A stretch of DNA of 64,000 nucleotides from contig NW_005434663.1 in the NCBI RefSeq assembly GCF_000315625.1, positions 835,882-899,881 on the forward strand. Reading direction: 5' to 3'. The first letter of the stretch is position 1, and each line of letters opens with the position of its first letter. The notes beneath the pieces are model-generated. The model did no database searches, was not told the origin of the DNA, and worked only from the letters and a program-made list of their open reading frames with translations. Below are positions 1 to 11,390 of this stretch, in pieces. This stretch comes from Guillardia theta CCMP2712. Its lineage: Eukaryota > Protista > Cryptophyta. Position numbers and translations under genes: made by a program.

Positions 1-24
1 GGAGGTGAAGGAGGTAGGACAGGA

Positions 25-927
25 GTGATGGAGTGGTTGGCAGGGAAAGCTGGACAGGACGTGAGGAAGTCTTCAGTGTCGAGGCGTGAGGAGAAGAAAG
101 GCTCTAGAGCAGTGAGTGCGAGGGCGGCAGCTCGGCAGTCCCGACCGACCTCGGCTCCTCCCAGTCATGGTTACAAGAATGTCCACGACAAGATCAAGAG
201 GCTGGCGGAGAAAGATGTGCAGACCTTGATAGTCGGCGAAATGGGCTCGGTGCAACGAGAGGACAAGGACGATGGCAAGGTGGTGGTGGAGGAAGAGGAG
301 GAGGAGAGGGTGAAGGAGAAGGAGCCCCTGAATGGTGGTAGAGGCGCAGTGGAGCGAGCTAGAGTGAACAAGCAGACCGTCGCTTCGCTTCTGTCTCACA
401 GCAAGAAGGAGGAAAACCATGAGACGTCCAAGGCTCAGAAGGACAACAAACAGCCCAGCGAGAGTCCGGAGCAAGACTGGATTCTTGTGTCCCACGACGA
501 TGTTGATGAGCGAGGAGGAGCAGGGGAGTCAGCAGGCGGAGAAGGAGAAAGAGCAGGAGGGAGCTGGCGGCCTTCGTCTCCTGCCGCCGCTGCGTGCATG
601 CTGAGAGGAGGCCCCCCTCCCGGTTACAGGTTGTTCGCTCCCGGCGTTACCGCGTGGAAGAATCCGAAGAATTATTTCGGCCTTCCGCTCACCGCCTTGC
701 AGGTAGAGGAGGAGGAGGAGGAGGAGGAGGAGAGGGAAGGAAATGGAGTGGAAACTGGGAGGGGAAGGAGAGGGAGCAAGGAGAGAGGCGTTGAGTCGAG
801 GACTAGAGAGGAGGAGGAGGAAGCTAGTGTCGGAGGAGAGAGGGAAAGCGTTTGTCGTCGTGCTGAAGTTTTCTTGGCAGAGGATCACAGCGGCCGGAAA
901 GAAGTCAACTTCGATACATCAAGGTAG
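25..927 (+). CDS. Low-complexity, charged protein fragment (gene probably starts upstream of the window)
   Basis: 300-aa E/K/R-rich open frame with no recognisable domain; may include intronic sequence. Confidence 0.35.
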   Translation: MMEWLAGKAGQDVRKSSVSRREEKKGSRAVSARAAARQSRPTSAPPSHGYKNVHDKIKRLAEKDVQTLIVGEMGSVQREDKDDGKVVVEEEEEERVKEKEPLNGGRGAVERARVNKQTVASLLSHSKKEENHETSKAQKDNKQPSESPEQDWILVSHDDVDERGGAGESAGGEGERAGGSWRPSSPAAAACMLRGGPPPGYRLFAPGVTAWKNPKNYFGLPLTALQVEEEEEEEEEREGNGVETGRGRRGSKERGVESRTREEEEEASVGGERESVCRRAEVFLAEDHSGRKEVNFDTSR

Positions 928-1014
928 GAGGAAGAGAAGAAGATGGACGGGAGTTTGGACAGAAGAGGATCAGTGGAGGAGAGAGGATGAGGAGGAGGAA
1001 GAAGAGACAAGCCT

Positions 1015-1050
<36 letters not shown>

Positions 1051-1089
1051 GGAGCATGTGGAGGACGTAGGAGAGAAGAATCTTTGATG

Positions 1090-1880
1090 TCCGTCCTGCA
1101 GGAAGTCCCGGAGTCCGACGATCTCATGGGGAGAGGCCGCAGTCTGCTCCTCTTCATCGCACGTCTCAAGATTTCCCGTTGAAGACAGGAGTGTAAGGAA
1201 GGAGGAGAGGAGAGGAGAGGAGAGGAGAGGAGAGGAGAGGAGAGGAGAGGAGAGGAGAGGAGAGGAGTCTGAAGGGTAGACCTGAGTGATAGGAGTAATG
1301 TGAGATCCATCCAGTCGTACTCTACAAACACCTCTCTTCTCATTTGTTCGGAGCATCCGCTGCGCAGTTGTCAGTATACTCCTCCTCCTCCTCTCCTCTT
1401 CTTCTCTTCTTCTCTCCCCTTTCTCCTTCTGACTTGCTCCTCCTCTCCTGTTCTTGTTCCTTCCTCCTCTTCTCCTCTCCTCCTCTTTCTGACCTCAACG
1501 ATGTCGCTCTCATCCAGTGTATCGTCCGAGAAGCTCACAATGAGGGTCTTGCGAATCTGAGGCTGATGAATTAGACAAAATTGAGGAGGAGAAGGCAGGA
1601 GGGAGGAGGCAGGAGGCAGGAGGGGAGGCACAGGAAACAGGAGGGAGGGAGAAGGAGGAGGAGGAGAAGAGAGGAAGGAGATTGAGCTGCGAACAACATG
1701 GAGAACGAAGAGAGGTGTTGGAAAGAGGGAGGAGGGGAGGGGGAGAAGGAGGGTGCACCGAGTAGGAGGACTGAAGGAAATCATTCAGATCGGGAGGGTA
1801 AGGAGTGAATTCGTTGGTTCCATCAGCAATTCTTTCAATGAGATCTGGAATCTGAAAGGCATGTCAGGAACTTCTCTGCC

Positions 1881-1940
<60 letters not shown>

Positions 1941-3358
1941 GCTGCTGCTCCTACTCCTCCTCCTCCTCCTCCCTTTCTCTGAACCTTGTCCTCTCACAAC
2001 TGTCACTCTGTCTCCCTTTCTCTCCCCCTTCCCCCGCCATGCTCCTCTCCTCTCCCTTGCACCGACCTGCTGCACAATCTTTGACCCTTGCCTTATCAGA
2101 GGCAGAACTTCGCGCTCGACGGCAAGCGGGGAAAGAGGAGAGGAAGCGAAACTCTTGACAATGTCATCCGTCTGAAGGACACAAGAAGTGATCAGTGGGA
2201 ACAAAATCAGACAACAACATCGGAGTGACAGCGACGTTGTGATGTTACGTGGTAGTCTCACGTAACATAAAATGAGACCACCATGTAACATAACACAACA
2301 TAACATCACAACTGTCAATCTTCAGAGCATCATCACATAGGACTCTCCTTGACATCGTCTCACCTGCTTGACAAGATCGAGGAAACCATTTCTCATCTCC
2401 TGCAGGACATGTTGAGGTGAAGGAATACGCAAGGAGCACAATCACTTCAGCTTGAGGGTTGGGATCGACAATCATCTTCGAGAACGGCATGACCAGTTCT
2501 TCGAGCTGCGTATCATCACAATCAATAGGAAATTCCTCTTCCTCCTCTTCCTCCTCTTAGCAGCTCTCCCACCTCCTCTGCTCCTGCTCCTTCTTGCCAC
2601 TCTCCTTCTCCTCCTCGTTCCCTCCTCCTCCTACCTCCTCTTACCTGTGGGATCGAGTCTTTCGCGGGCTTGTTGTTCCAGGAGACCAGCACCAGAGAGT
2701 CTCTCTTCCATTCCTCGGCGAACATAGTCGACAGGATCATCTGCAAGAGTGCCCCGCACGAGTGCCCGACGGCATGAACAGGGAGGGAGGGGAACTTCCC
2801 CCTGACCTCCTCCACCGCCTCCTCGCTCCTCCTCAACAACTTTGCGCATACATCCACGTAGTTGAACTCAAGCTCGAAAGGAGTCGTGACTACGACTAGC
2901 CCCTTGCTCGACATCTCTTCCAGCATGTACTTGTACGACAGGTGCGGCGCTGCCCCCACGAACGCTCCACCCAGGAAGTGCACGATCGCCTTGCTCCTCA
3001 CCCCCTGAGGAGGCTCAAGCACGAAGCTTCCTCCTACCCGCCTCCACCTCCCCGTCAACCCGAAGTCGTCGGTGTTGAAGAAGGGGAGGGGAAGGCGAGG
3101 AGTCGTGAAGGAGGAGCGACCCACCTCCTCGTCCTCGTTCATCTTCAGCGAGACCTTGCTGGCTCTCTCCTTCGCTTCCTCCACCAGCACCCTGATGTTG
3201 TCTTCTTGCAGCATGCTGGCTCGGAGCGAAACTAAGGTAGCTCGGCCTTGCCTGAGACCGTTCACCTTCCATGGTTGCAGAGGGGGAGAGAAGGACTGGA
3301 CGAGAGGAGAAACGCTCACGAAGACGCTGATGAGTTGAAAGAGAGGTTTGACGTTCAT
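1090..3358 (-). CDS. DUF1350-family alpha/beta hydrolase, probably plastid-targeted, multi-exon (3' end approximate)
   Basis: Motifs IVHFLGGAFVGAAPHLSY and VGHSCGA (nucleophile elbow); later exons EFTPYPP, LIVSFSDDTLDES, LDGSHITPITQ; leader MNVKPLFQLISVFVSVSPLVQS-F; GT-AG introns, first donor at 2644. Confidence 0.85.
1204..1266. repeat. (GAGGA)n microsatellite in intron
   Basis: Perfect pentamer run. Confidence 0.95.
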
Positions 3359-3729
3359 GTTGGCAGAGGAAGTACTTGACGAGAACAAATGAAGATCCAA
3401 GAAGACTCGGCTATTGGCTCATGGTTGAATCGCAACCAAAATCGTCGGAACAAGACCTGTCGAGGAGATATAAGTATTCCTCTTGAAGTCGAACAATGAT
3501 CTCTCTTCATCACGGCAATCTTTAACTTCGGGGTCCTACTCTCACTCTGAGATCCCTTCCCTGGAGCCTCGCTCCACAAACCAGACCTGCACGTAGATAG
3601 ACGTGCACCTACCTCTGGTTGTAATCTTTGAACTCATTCCCATTCCTGATATCAAACCACTCTTTCGCTCTCTTCTCATGCTAAATCTACCATCTTCTCC
3701 ACTAACCTCTCTCTCCTCCTCTCTCCTCT

Positions 3730-3960
3730 CCTCTCTCTCCTTGTCTCTCATCTCCTCTCCTCTCCTCTCCTATCTCCCTATCTCCTCTCCTCTCCTCTCC
3801 TATCCTATCCTATCCTATCTCCCTATCTCCTCTCCTCTCCTCTCCTATCCTATCCTATCCTATCTCCCTATCTCCTCTCCTCTCCTCTCCTATCCTATCC
3901 TATCCTATCTCCCTATCTCCTCTCCTCTCTCTCTTCCTCTCTCCTCTCCTCTCCTCTCCT
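3730..3960. repeat. Compound (TCTCC)/(TATCC) satellite with ~45-bp higher-order unit
   Basis: Translates as a repeated 15-aa unit ISSPLLSYPILSYLP, i.e. 45-nt periodicity. Confidence 0.85.
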
Positions 3961-4303
3961 CTCTTCGTTCACATCAAACAAACTCTCTTTCGCACTCCCA
4001 TCTGTTTATGAGTACGCCATCACCACCCTACCCATTACGCAAGAGAAAATGAAAGGGTGGGGTGGTAGATGAGACTCAGAGAAGGATAGTGAGGGAGCGA
4101 GAAATGGAGAAGAGGGACAGAGAGGAGGAGAGGAGGAGAGGAGAGGGCAGATGAGAAGAGGTGAAGGAGTGAGGAGTAGAAAAGAAGAGAAGGAGAAGAG
4201 CAGAAGAGGAGGGGAGATCTAGAAGGAGCAGACTGAAGATTGAAGAGAATGAGGGAACAGATGCAACTTGTGAGATGAGGGAGAAACGTTTCAAAGGTAT
4301 TGC

Positions 4304-6500
4304 ATGCGAATGGTGAGAATGAACCAAGTACTTTCCTCCCTCTTGTTGGTGTTGATGCTTTCAGACTCGTCAGTGTCATTTGTTTCTTTCCATCCTGTCC
4401 AATTGAAGGTCTCTCCATGGAACTTGTGTGGAAGACATTTCAAATCAGATATCTTCCCTGCATCGCAACATTCCCTGCTTTCACTCTGCATGCGCTCGGG
4501 GCGTGATAGCACGAGATGGTATGAAATGCTTCAACATCTCAAGGAGCACAAGAGAAAGCACGGTCACTTCACGATACAGACTGACGACGAGGAGAGTCTG
4601 AAGCTCAGGAACTGGATCTTTCGTCAGAGGCATAAATATAGGATCAACATGCTGAGTGAAGAGCGGAGGGAGGAGCTTGCTGTGATCGACTTTCCGTTTC
4701 ATGATGAGCGGTTTGAATGGAACAAAAACTTCAACATGTCAAAGACTGTGTCAGCAACGTGCCAGAAGGCGTTGACCCGTTCGAAGAGAACATGCTGCCG
4801 AGCGAGCTCCTGGAGTTTGTGCAGGAGCAAGTGAGAACATGGGACAAGCTATCGCCCCATCAGAGGCAGAAGTTGAAGAGTCTTGGGCTTCACTTCTACA
4901 AGCTGCTCTCCAAAGATCACGTGGAGGGGAGGGGAAAGGAGGGGTCAAGGAATCTCAGCTTCGATGAGGGGCTGGCAAAGATGATGCTTGCTCTGAATGG
5001 TTCCATGGTGAATGAAGAAGCCGTAGCGAAAATATGCCAGGCCGACCCCGTGCTGGAAGATTGGTTCCGGGTTGTTCGACAAAGTTGGAAGAAGGGGACT
5101 TTGCTTCCAAGAAGGCTTCAGGTGCTGCTTGACATGGGCCTTGAGCTGGAGTCAGAGACAGATAAAGGGTGGGCGAAGATGTATCAACTCTGGAGAAACG
5201 CAAAGACGGGGAATGTTTCGTCGCAGTCGCGAAAGAAGAAGATTTGCGCATGGAGGAGTTTGCAGCGGAGAATGTACTATGTCAATCAGATCAACCCAGT
5301 TCGACTCGGCCTGCTGCAAGCAGAGGACTTCGACTTCGAGCTCAAAGACTCGGAGTTCGATGAGATGGTGAGAAAACTCAGAGTTCCATCTTCCACATTC
5401 ATCGCGTCGATGACACGGTCGTAGGTAGAGAAGTTTGTGATGTCTCAGCAGGAGCAGGAGGAGGGGAGATCTAAGATGGACACGTCGGTGGCTCTTTGGT
5501 TCTACGAGCAGAGGGTTCGGAACATCGCCGGGAATTTGACAGCTGAAGAGAGGTTGCGGCTGGAAAGCATCGACTTTCCTTTTCTTAACGACAGAAGGTT
5601 CAGACGCTGCTCTTCACGTGCTCTCCACTTCAGTTCCTCCCCTCACCCCAACTCCCCCCTGCCTGTCTCTGCTGCTCACTTCCATCGCACAGGGAGTGGG
5701 CCCTGGAGGAGCTCAGCAAGAGCGAGAGGAAGGAGGTGGACAAGGGGTGGATGAAGAGGTTTGAGTCGCTCAAGGCCTTCAAGGCAATCCATGGGCACAC
5801 CAAGGTACCGCAGCAGTGGGACGACGACCCCATCCTCTTCAGCTGGGTCTTCCGGCAGAGGAAGAGCATGCTGGCTGGGACCTTGAGCCCAGTCAAGCGA
5901 GAGCTGCTCGAGAGCATCCAGTTTGCGGATGAGGAGAACTACTTTGACACCTTGTGGGAAGAGCAGTTCGAAAAGCTCGTTGCCTTCAAGGAAAAGTTTG
6001 GCCACACCCGTGTCCCTCAACTGCAATCCAGCCTCGGCCGATGGGTACATGAGCAGGTGAGAGGGGAGGGGGAAAGGAGGAGGGGTCAAGAAGCCTTGGG
6101 AAGGTGGAGGAACGGAGGTGCGAGGGTGTGTGTGGCGAAGCAGAGCGGAGGGAAGGAGGGGAGCAGTGGAATGTGACGGCATAGACAGAGGAAGAGGGGA
6201 AAGGCGAAGAAACTCTCCAACGAGAGGATTAAAAAGCTCAACGGCAAGTCAACTTGTTCCTCCGTCTTCATGCAACTGATCTTGTCGCTGTCAGAGCTGG
6301 ACTTCTGCTGGGATGCCAGGGGGTGAGACTCTTGCTTCTTCCTACTGCAGCGACTGACTGAGTCGAATTTCAGGGGTTGGTACCAGTGGCTGGGCCCGGA
6401 GGTGCAATGAGATTCGGAAGGTTCAGAGGGAAGACTTCTTGTCGACGATGCCTCCAGTGAACAACTTGAGAAGTCCTGCGAGCATTTCAAATCTCGTCGC
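4304..6500 (+). CDS. Helicase-associated (HA) domain repeat protein with signal/transit leader; apparent 1-bp frameshift at 4724-4728; 3' end approximate
   Basis: Repeated HA signatures such as WYEMLQHLKEHKRKHGH..LRNWIFRQR..LSEERREEL, WMKRFESLKAFKAIHGHTKVPQ..LFSWVFRQRK, WEEQFEKLVAFKEKFGHTRVPQ..LGRWVHEQ; leader VLSSLLLVLMLSDSSVS-F. Confidence 0.8.
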
Positions 6501-8424
6501 TGATCAGGAAGAAAGAAACCGTTGGGGCCAAACGAGTCCTCGAAAATGTGCCATTCCTCTCCCTTCCACAGCACCTGAATACCTCGCACGGTTATGAAAT
6601 CGATGATAGTGAAAGCAGTGGGATGGCAGGAGCAGGGGCTGAGGCTGGGGTTGGGGCAGGGGCAACAGCAGGGGCGGGGGCACGGGCACGTTCTGTCAAA
6701 CCTTTCTCTCTGCATACTTGACTTGGACCTCGTCGGGGCTGAGGAAAAGTGGTGTGAAGGTAGAGAAAAGGAAGGAAGCTGACCTTAGAATCTTCTTGCC
6801 GATCATCCAAGGATGTAAAGCATTGTCTGAGGGAGCATGACTATTCCAAACACGAGGAGAGGAACAGTACCGATCACCCATGCTTGCTTCCTGCCAACAG
6901 CAAAACGGCAAAGAAAGAGAGAATGAGACGACCTCGACCAGTTCCAAGAGAGTTGTTTCACCCGCTGATGCGACCATGGCAGCCCTCGAGGCTCAGGTAC
7001 TTGATAGCCTTGCAGAAGCATCAGCGCTGTTTGCGGACGAGGGGTGGGCTACCTCTTCACGATCCCCCTTGTCCACCAGCGAGTCCACAAGATCCTTAAC
7101 GGGAGCATAGTCAAGCTTTGCTCGTCTTCCCTCTTACCTCACCTGCAAGCTCGCAACCTGCTGACGCTGTGGATCGAACGGCATCTTTGTGGGTCGGTCC
7201 TGCAACAAGGCTGGTCGATAATGCAAGTCACGGAGAGATGTTTGAGTACCATAGCGAAGTTGAAGTGGTCCCCGCAGACGATCAAGATAGCTTCTCGACC
7301 ATACCTCTCATCTCTGCACAACGTACAAGATGAGACATGCAAGCGAACGCTATTTGAGGAGACGGCCCAGGGCTCACCTTGTCAAGGCAAGGTATGGCCC
7401 CTTCCCTTCCGGGAGGAGCTCCCAGCGTTCCAAGTAGATGTGCTACACGCTGCTCTCACGGCCTGCCTTCCCCTCCTCTTGTACCTGATCGAATTCATCT
7501 CTCGCATATCCCCACTCTTTCCAAACTTTCCCGTCCTCTCTCATCTCGATCCTCCACCTGCTGCCCCGTCACAACGTCGACAGCAAGCACCTCTCTTCAC
7601 TTGTTCGGCCTCGGCCTCATCTTCCCCACAAAGTTCCAGTCGATCGCATGATGGCGAGTGCAGACAGGAGGGTTCTCAATCGTCCATGGCCCTTAAACTG
7701 ACCGTCAGGCAATCCGCTGAGATCCGAGGGCAAGGGTCTTGGTTGCCCTGGAGGGGAGGGTTACCACCTTGGTTCAGCAGCGAGTATCCAGCGAAACAAT
7801 GGCGGCGAGCCAACAAGCGCAAGTCAACATCAGAGAGCTGAGAGAAGCCATGGATGTCCTGCCACTTCTTGTTTTCCTCAAGGTTGGGGATGCGGAGGTC
7901 GATGAAGAGACTAGGGGTCTGCAGGTTGTACACTGACTCAGTCCTGCTGTCCGAGTGTATCCACCCTCCAAGGAAGAGAGGGCGGAACCATGCCCCGACA
8001 ACGATGTCGTGCGTCCTCTTCTCTCTCTTCCACTTGCCGAAGGCTGCGTGGGTTGATCCTTTCACCTGAGGACGGAAGGGGGGTCAGAACGGGAGGGGTA
8101 GAGTTGAAACTTCTTCAACTGGAGCTCCAGCGCTCACTTGCTACACAACAAGACTGGTTGCATGACAGACGGCAACGACAATGTCACGATAGACGCACGA
8201 GAACACCATGGCGGCATGAACGCTGCTCTATCGACGTCAACACATCTCGCACATCCTCGCGAGGATCCCCCCGACAAGCACGCCGCTACCTCTCCCTCTC
8301 CACCTCACGCCCAGGGTCACCCAGGAGCATGTCCTTGCCTTGTGGAAGTGCGGGAGGTCTTCTTCCTTCCATGAGAATCGAGGAGCATCGAAGAGCCGCT
8401 CGATCCTCCCTCCCCCGCTCACCA
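6500..8424 (-). CDS. Conserved hypothetical protein, HRI1-like, multi-exon (ends approximate)
   Basis: Spliced motifs VYNLQTPSLFIDLRIP, LLARRHCFAGY, AIDWNFVGKMRPRPNKWRIE, WKEWGYARDEFDQ, HIYLERWE. Confidence 0.55.
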
Positions 8425-8493
8425 TGACGCCCTGCTCCTTGCTCCATTCCATCTAGGAGATGGCGAGCCTGCCTCAGAACAGGGGGCGCTGCT

Positions 8494-9369
8494 ATGCCGC
8501 TACTGGAGACGACGGGGAGGATGGTGGACGCGATGAGAGAGGTGCGGGCGTCGGGGAAGCTGACGAAGGAGGAGCAAGACCTCCTGGTGAGTTCTCGCAA
8601 CAGCCGCTCTTGCTCGCAGTGCTCATCATCCCTTGATGCCCGTCCTACCTCTCGCATCTTCCTGCTCTTGTCGCAAGTGACTTGCGGTACTGATGACCAT
8701 CTCGAGGCAGACAGTCTTGCATCCTTGTTCTCTTGCCCGCTCTTGACATGTGTGGATCAGGACCGATTTGGAACAACGGCGAAGGCCTATCCTTTAGAAG
8801 TTGTAGAGCTCCTGCGCTCCAAGTTGACGCCGCGTCCTTGTTTGCACGAGTTACTGGAGGGGAGCAGGATTCCTCTTCCTGACAAGCCTGCTCCACGGAA
8901 GAAGTCTCCTGAGTTGGAGGCAAGGCTTGCCAAGATCAAGGCGCAGATCGAAGAGCAGGAGTACGACATGATGACAAGAGACGTCCGGAGGGCAGAGTTG
9001 GACCAAGGGGATCCCTCAGATTTTAAATCTGCCTCAGGCGCTATAGGGGAGGGGCTCAATGTGCTTGTCACCAAAGGCACCGCCTTTGCTACGGGATATT
9101 ATGCATCAGTCGCGGCATGGGGAACGGATCCGTTCTGGAACACGATCGCGGGGCTAGTGGGGCTGATCATCGGATTTTTCATCGAGACGACCCTGTTTGT
9201 TGCGAGGTCGTCAAGGGTGATTTCTGAGCAGGACATGAGGAGGAGGAGGGACAGGAACAAGCTCTCGGGTGTGGACAAGATCTCTCAGATCATCGAGACA
9301 ACAAACTCTTCAGGGTCGACACCTCAGGGTGAGATATCGGCTGAAGGCAGCACTGAAGGCGGAGACTGA
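8494..9369 (+). CDS. VMA12: ER V-ATPase assembly factor, Vma12/TMEM199 family
   Basis: LHELLEGSRI, PRKKSPELEARLAKIKAQIEEQEYDMMTRDV, then two TM segments ending in IETTLFV. Confidence 0.8.
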   Translation: MPLLETTGRMVDAMREVRASGKLTKEEQDLLVSSRNSRSCSQCSSSLDARPTSRIFLLLSQVTCGTDDHLEADSLASLFSCPLLTCVDQDRFGTTAKAYPLEVVELLRSKLTPRPCLHELLEGSRIPLPDKPAPRKKSPELEARLAKIKAQIEEQEYDMMTRDVRRAELDQGDPSDFKSASGAIGEGLNVLVTKGTAFATGYYASVAAWGTDPFWNTIAGLVGLIIGFFIETTLFVARSSRVISEQDMRRRRDRNKLSGVDKISQIIETTNSSGSTPQGEISAEGSTEGGD

Positions 9370-9784
9370 AAGATGGTGTTGTGTGAGTAAAACATGGTCT
9401 GCATGCTGTTGAACATGTGGAGATGAACGACGGACAGGAGAACAGACGATGGAGCGAGGGAGAGGATAGGCAGAGAGGAAGGGAGAAGTGGTAGACGAGG
9501 GAGAGAACGAGAAGGAACTCAGTCTTGACTAGATGGCGAGCGACTGAGGGGTAGGAGGAGGAGGAGGAGGAGGAGGAGGAGGAGGAGCGAGAGAGCAGCC
9601 GCAACGGGAGGAGAGAGAAGATGTCAGAGCATGACTGGCACGATGAACTATGAGTGTACTTGCGTTCTACTACCAGTCGCTTCCTACGTATTTCTCCTGG
9701 ATGTCTCTCTGAACCATACCCCACCCCGAGATACTTCACAATTCTATCGAAAAAGCAGGGGTAGTCCGCCGCCTTTCGGGATCC

Positions 9785-11390
9785 ATGTCTCGACACGGCA
9801 TGCCTTATCATGCCCGGAGGACGACGTTGGCGATCATGGCGATGCTGGTGGTGGCGATCTCCTGTCAGGAGGAGAGAGCAGATATCTCACGGGATCGTCA
9901 TGCTACATGCTCCCATGCAGATGGAAGTTGCGAGGATGCAGCGCATGGGAGTGATCTTGTCAGTGTAGTCACACCCACTCGAGGAAAGACACAGAAATGG
10001 CACGAGCTGCTGTACAAGTGCTTCATGCATCAAACTTACCAGCCAAGGTCAGGAGGAGTAATAGTTTTCAAAGTCTCATGCTCATTTTCAGAGAGCTCAT
10101 CGTCCTCGATACCTCTAAGAAGCCATCTCCCTTCTTCTCAACGTTGAATCAATCGAATGTGTATTACATACATTTGAAAGTAAGGGCACGATATTTGACC
10201 TTCATACCTCACTTTTTATTATCTTCTTTGTTTGACGGACTTTTTCAGAACAACAAGATGAGCCTGGGATCGAAAAGAAACTTGCTCGCATCAAGGTATG
10301 CCCTGAATGATATGGAACAAGTGGTTGGATTGACAGAACCTCTTGCAGTGCGAATGGAACGATCTTGGCACATTTTGATGATGACGACTGGTCAACCATC
10401 ACTGGTCCTCCATTTCACTAATACTTCTTCAAACAGGTACAGCCCTAACTACTTGTCCGTCATGGTAAATGCCCTGTAAGTACTCGACAGTGCTCGAGTA
10501 TTGAGACCAAATATGACATGTAATCTCCTAGACAGAGACAGAAGGTAGAGTTTGTCAAGCTTTCAGGCTGGTATGTCTACAGCTGCAAATTCAAATACTT
10601 TGGATACTTCAGCTCTGGTTGTTCTCGTTTCGCGCTGATCTCGTGGCTGACTGGCCGTTGCAGAGGAAACAGCAGTCTTCGGAGAGGTCAAGGACGATGT
10701 GCACGACGGGTAAGCACAGACGCTCTTTTGGAAGTACTTCTTCTTACCTTTGAGAAAGGCTCAAATACTCTCTGTTTCTGGATCCAAGACACGATATCAT
10801 CCAGGTAGGAGATGTTGAAGCTGGAAGGCCCCCGTGACAAGCCTGTGTCCAAGACATGGGTCATGGGACCGTCAGATGCCTACGACAAGTCCCTTCGAGA
10901 TGAGACCAGGTTCGGGTTTGGTTTCAGGTTGTCATGGATGAAGGCTGTCGAATCGTGAACTCAGCAGCAATGCAGTTACGTGTACACCAAGTCTTTGGTG
11001 GAAAGATTTCAGTTCAACAGAACTCAGACCTTTGGTGAGGACCTGAACTTCATTCATAGAATTCTCCAGGTCAATGTGGCTGTGTCAAAACTTCTCTCCA
11101 GTTGACGTTGACGGCAGGCAGGAACTCATGTGCATATTTTCGATGATCGCAAAGGACTTGTCCTTCATGTCCAGGTATGAAGAATCAAACTAATCGATCA
11201 CAAACAAAGAATGTAAATCTCTGCTCTTTCAGGGGTCTTGGAACTCAGCTAGAATACCCACACAGTATAAGGTGCGTATGCTGAAAACAATCCTATCATA
11301 CAAGTCCTGTGATAGCATCTGCAGATTCCCCTGCACCTCATTGACATTGTTTTTGACAAGACTGTACTAAATTACACCAGATGTAAATAA
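9785..11390 (+). CDS. Glycosyltransferase family 2 (GT-A fold), many small exons
   Basis: N-terminal hydrophobic anchor; VSVVTPTRG, CFMHQTYQP, ELIVLD, SLGSKRN, ILAHFDDDD(W/R)YSPNYL; last exon stop TAA at 11388-11390. Confidence 0.8.

Noticed and set aside
3603-4052. 149-aa S/P/L repeat ORF
   Set aside because: Translation of the TCTCC/TATCC satellite
7500-7520. Suspected second frameshift in the HRI1-like gene
   Set aside because: Recount shows four G on the coding strand; WKEWGYARD is in frame
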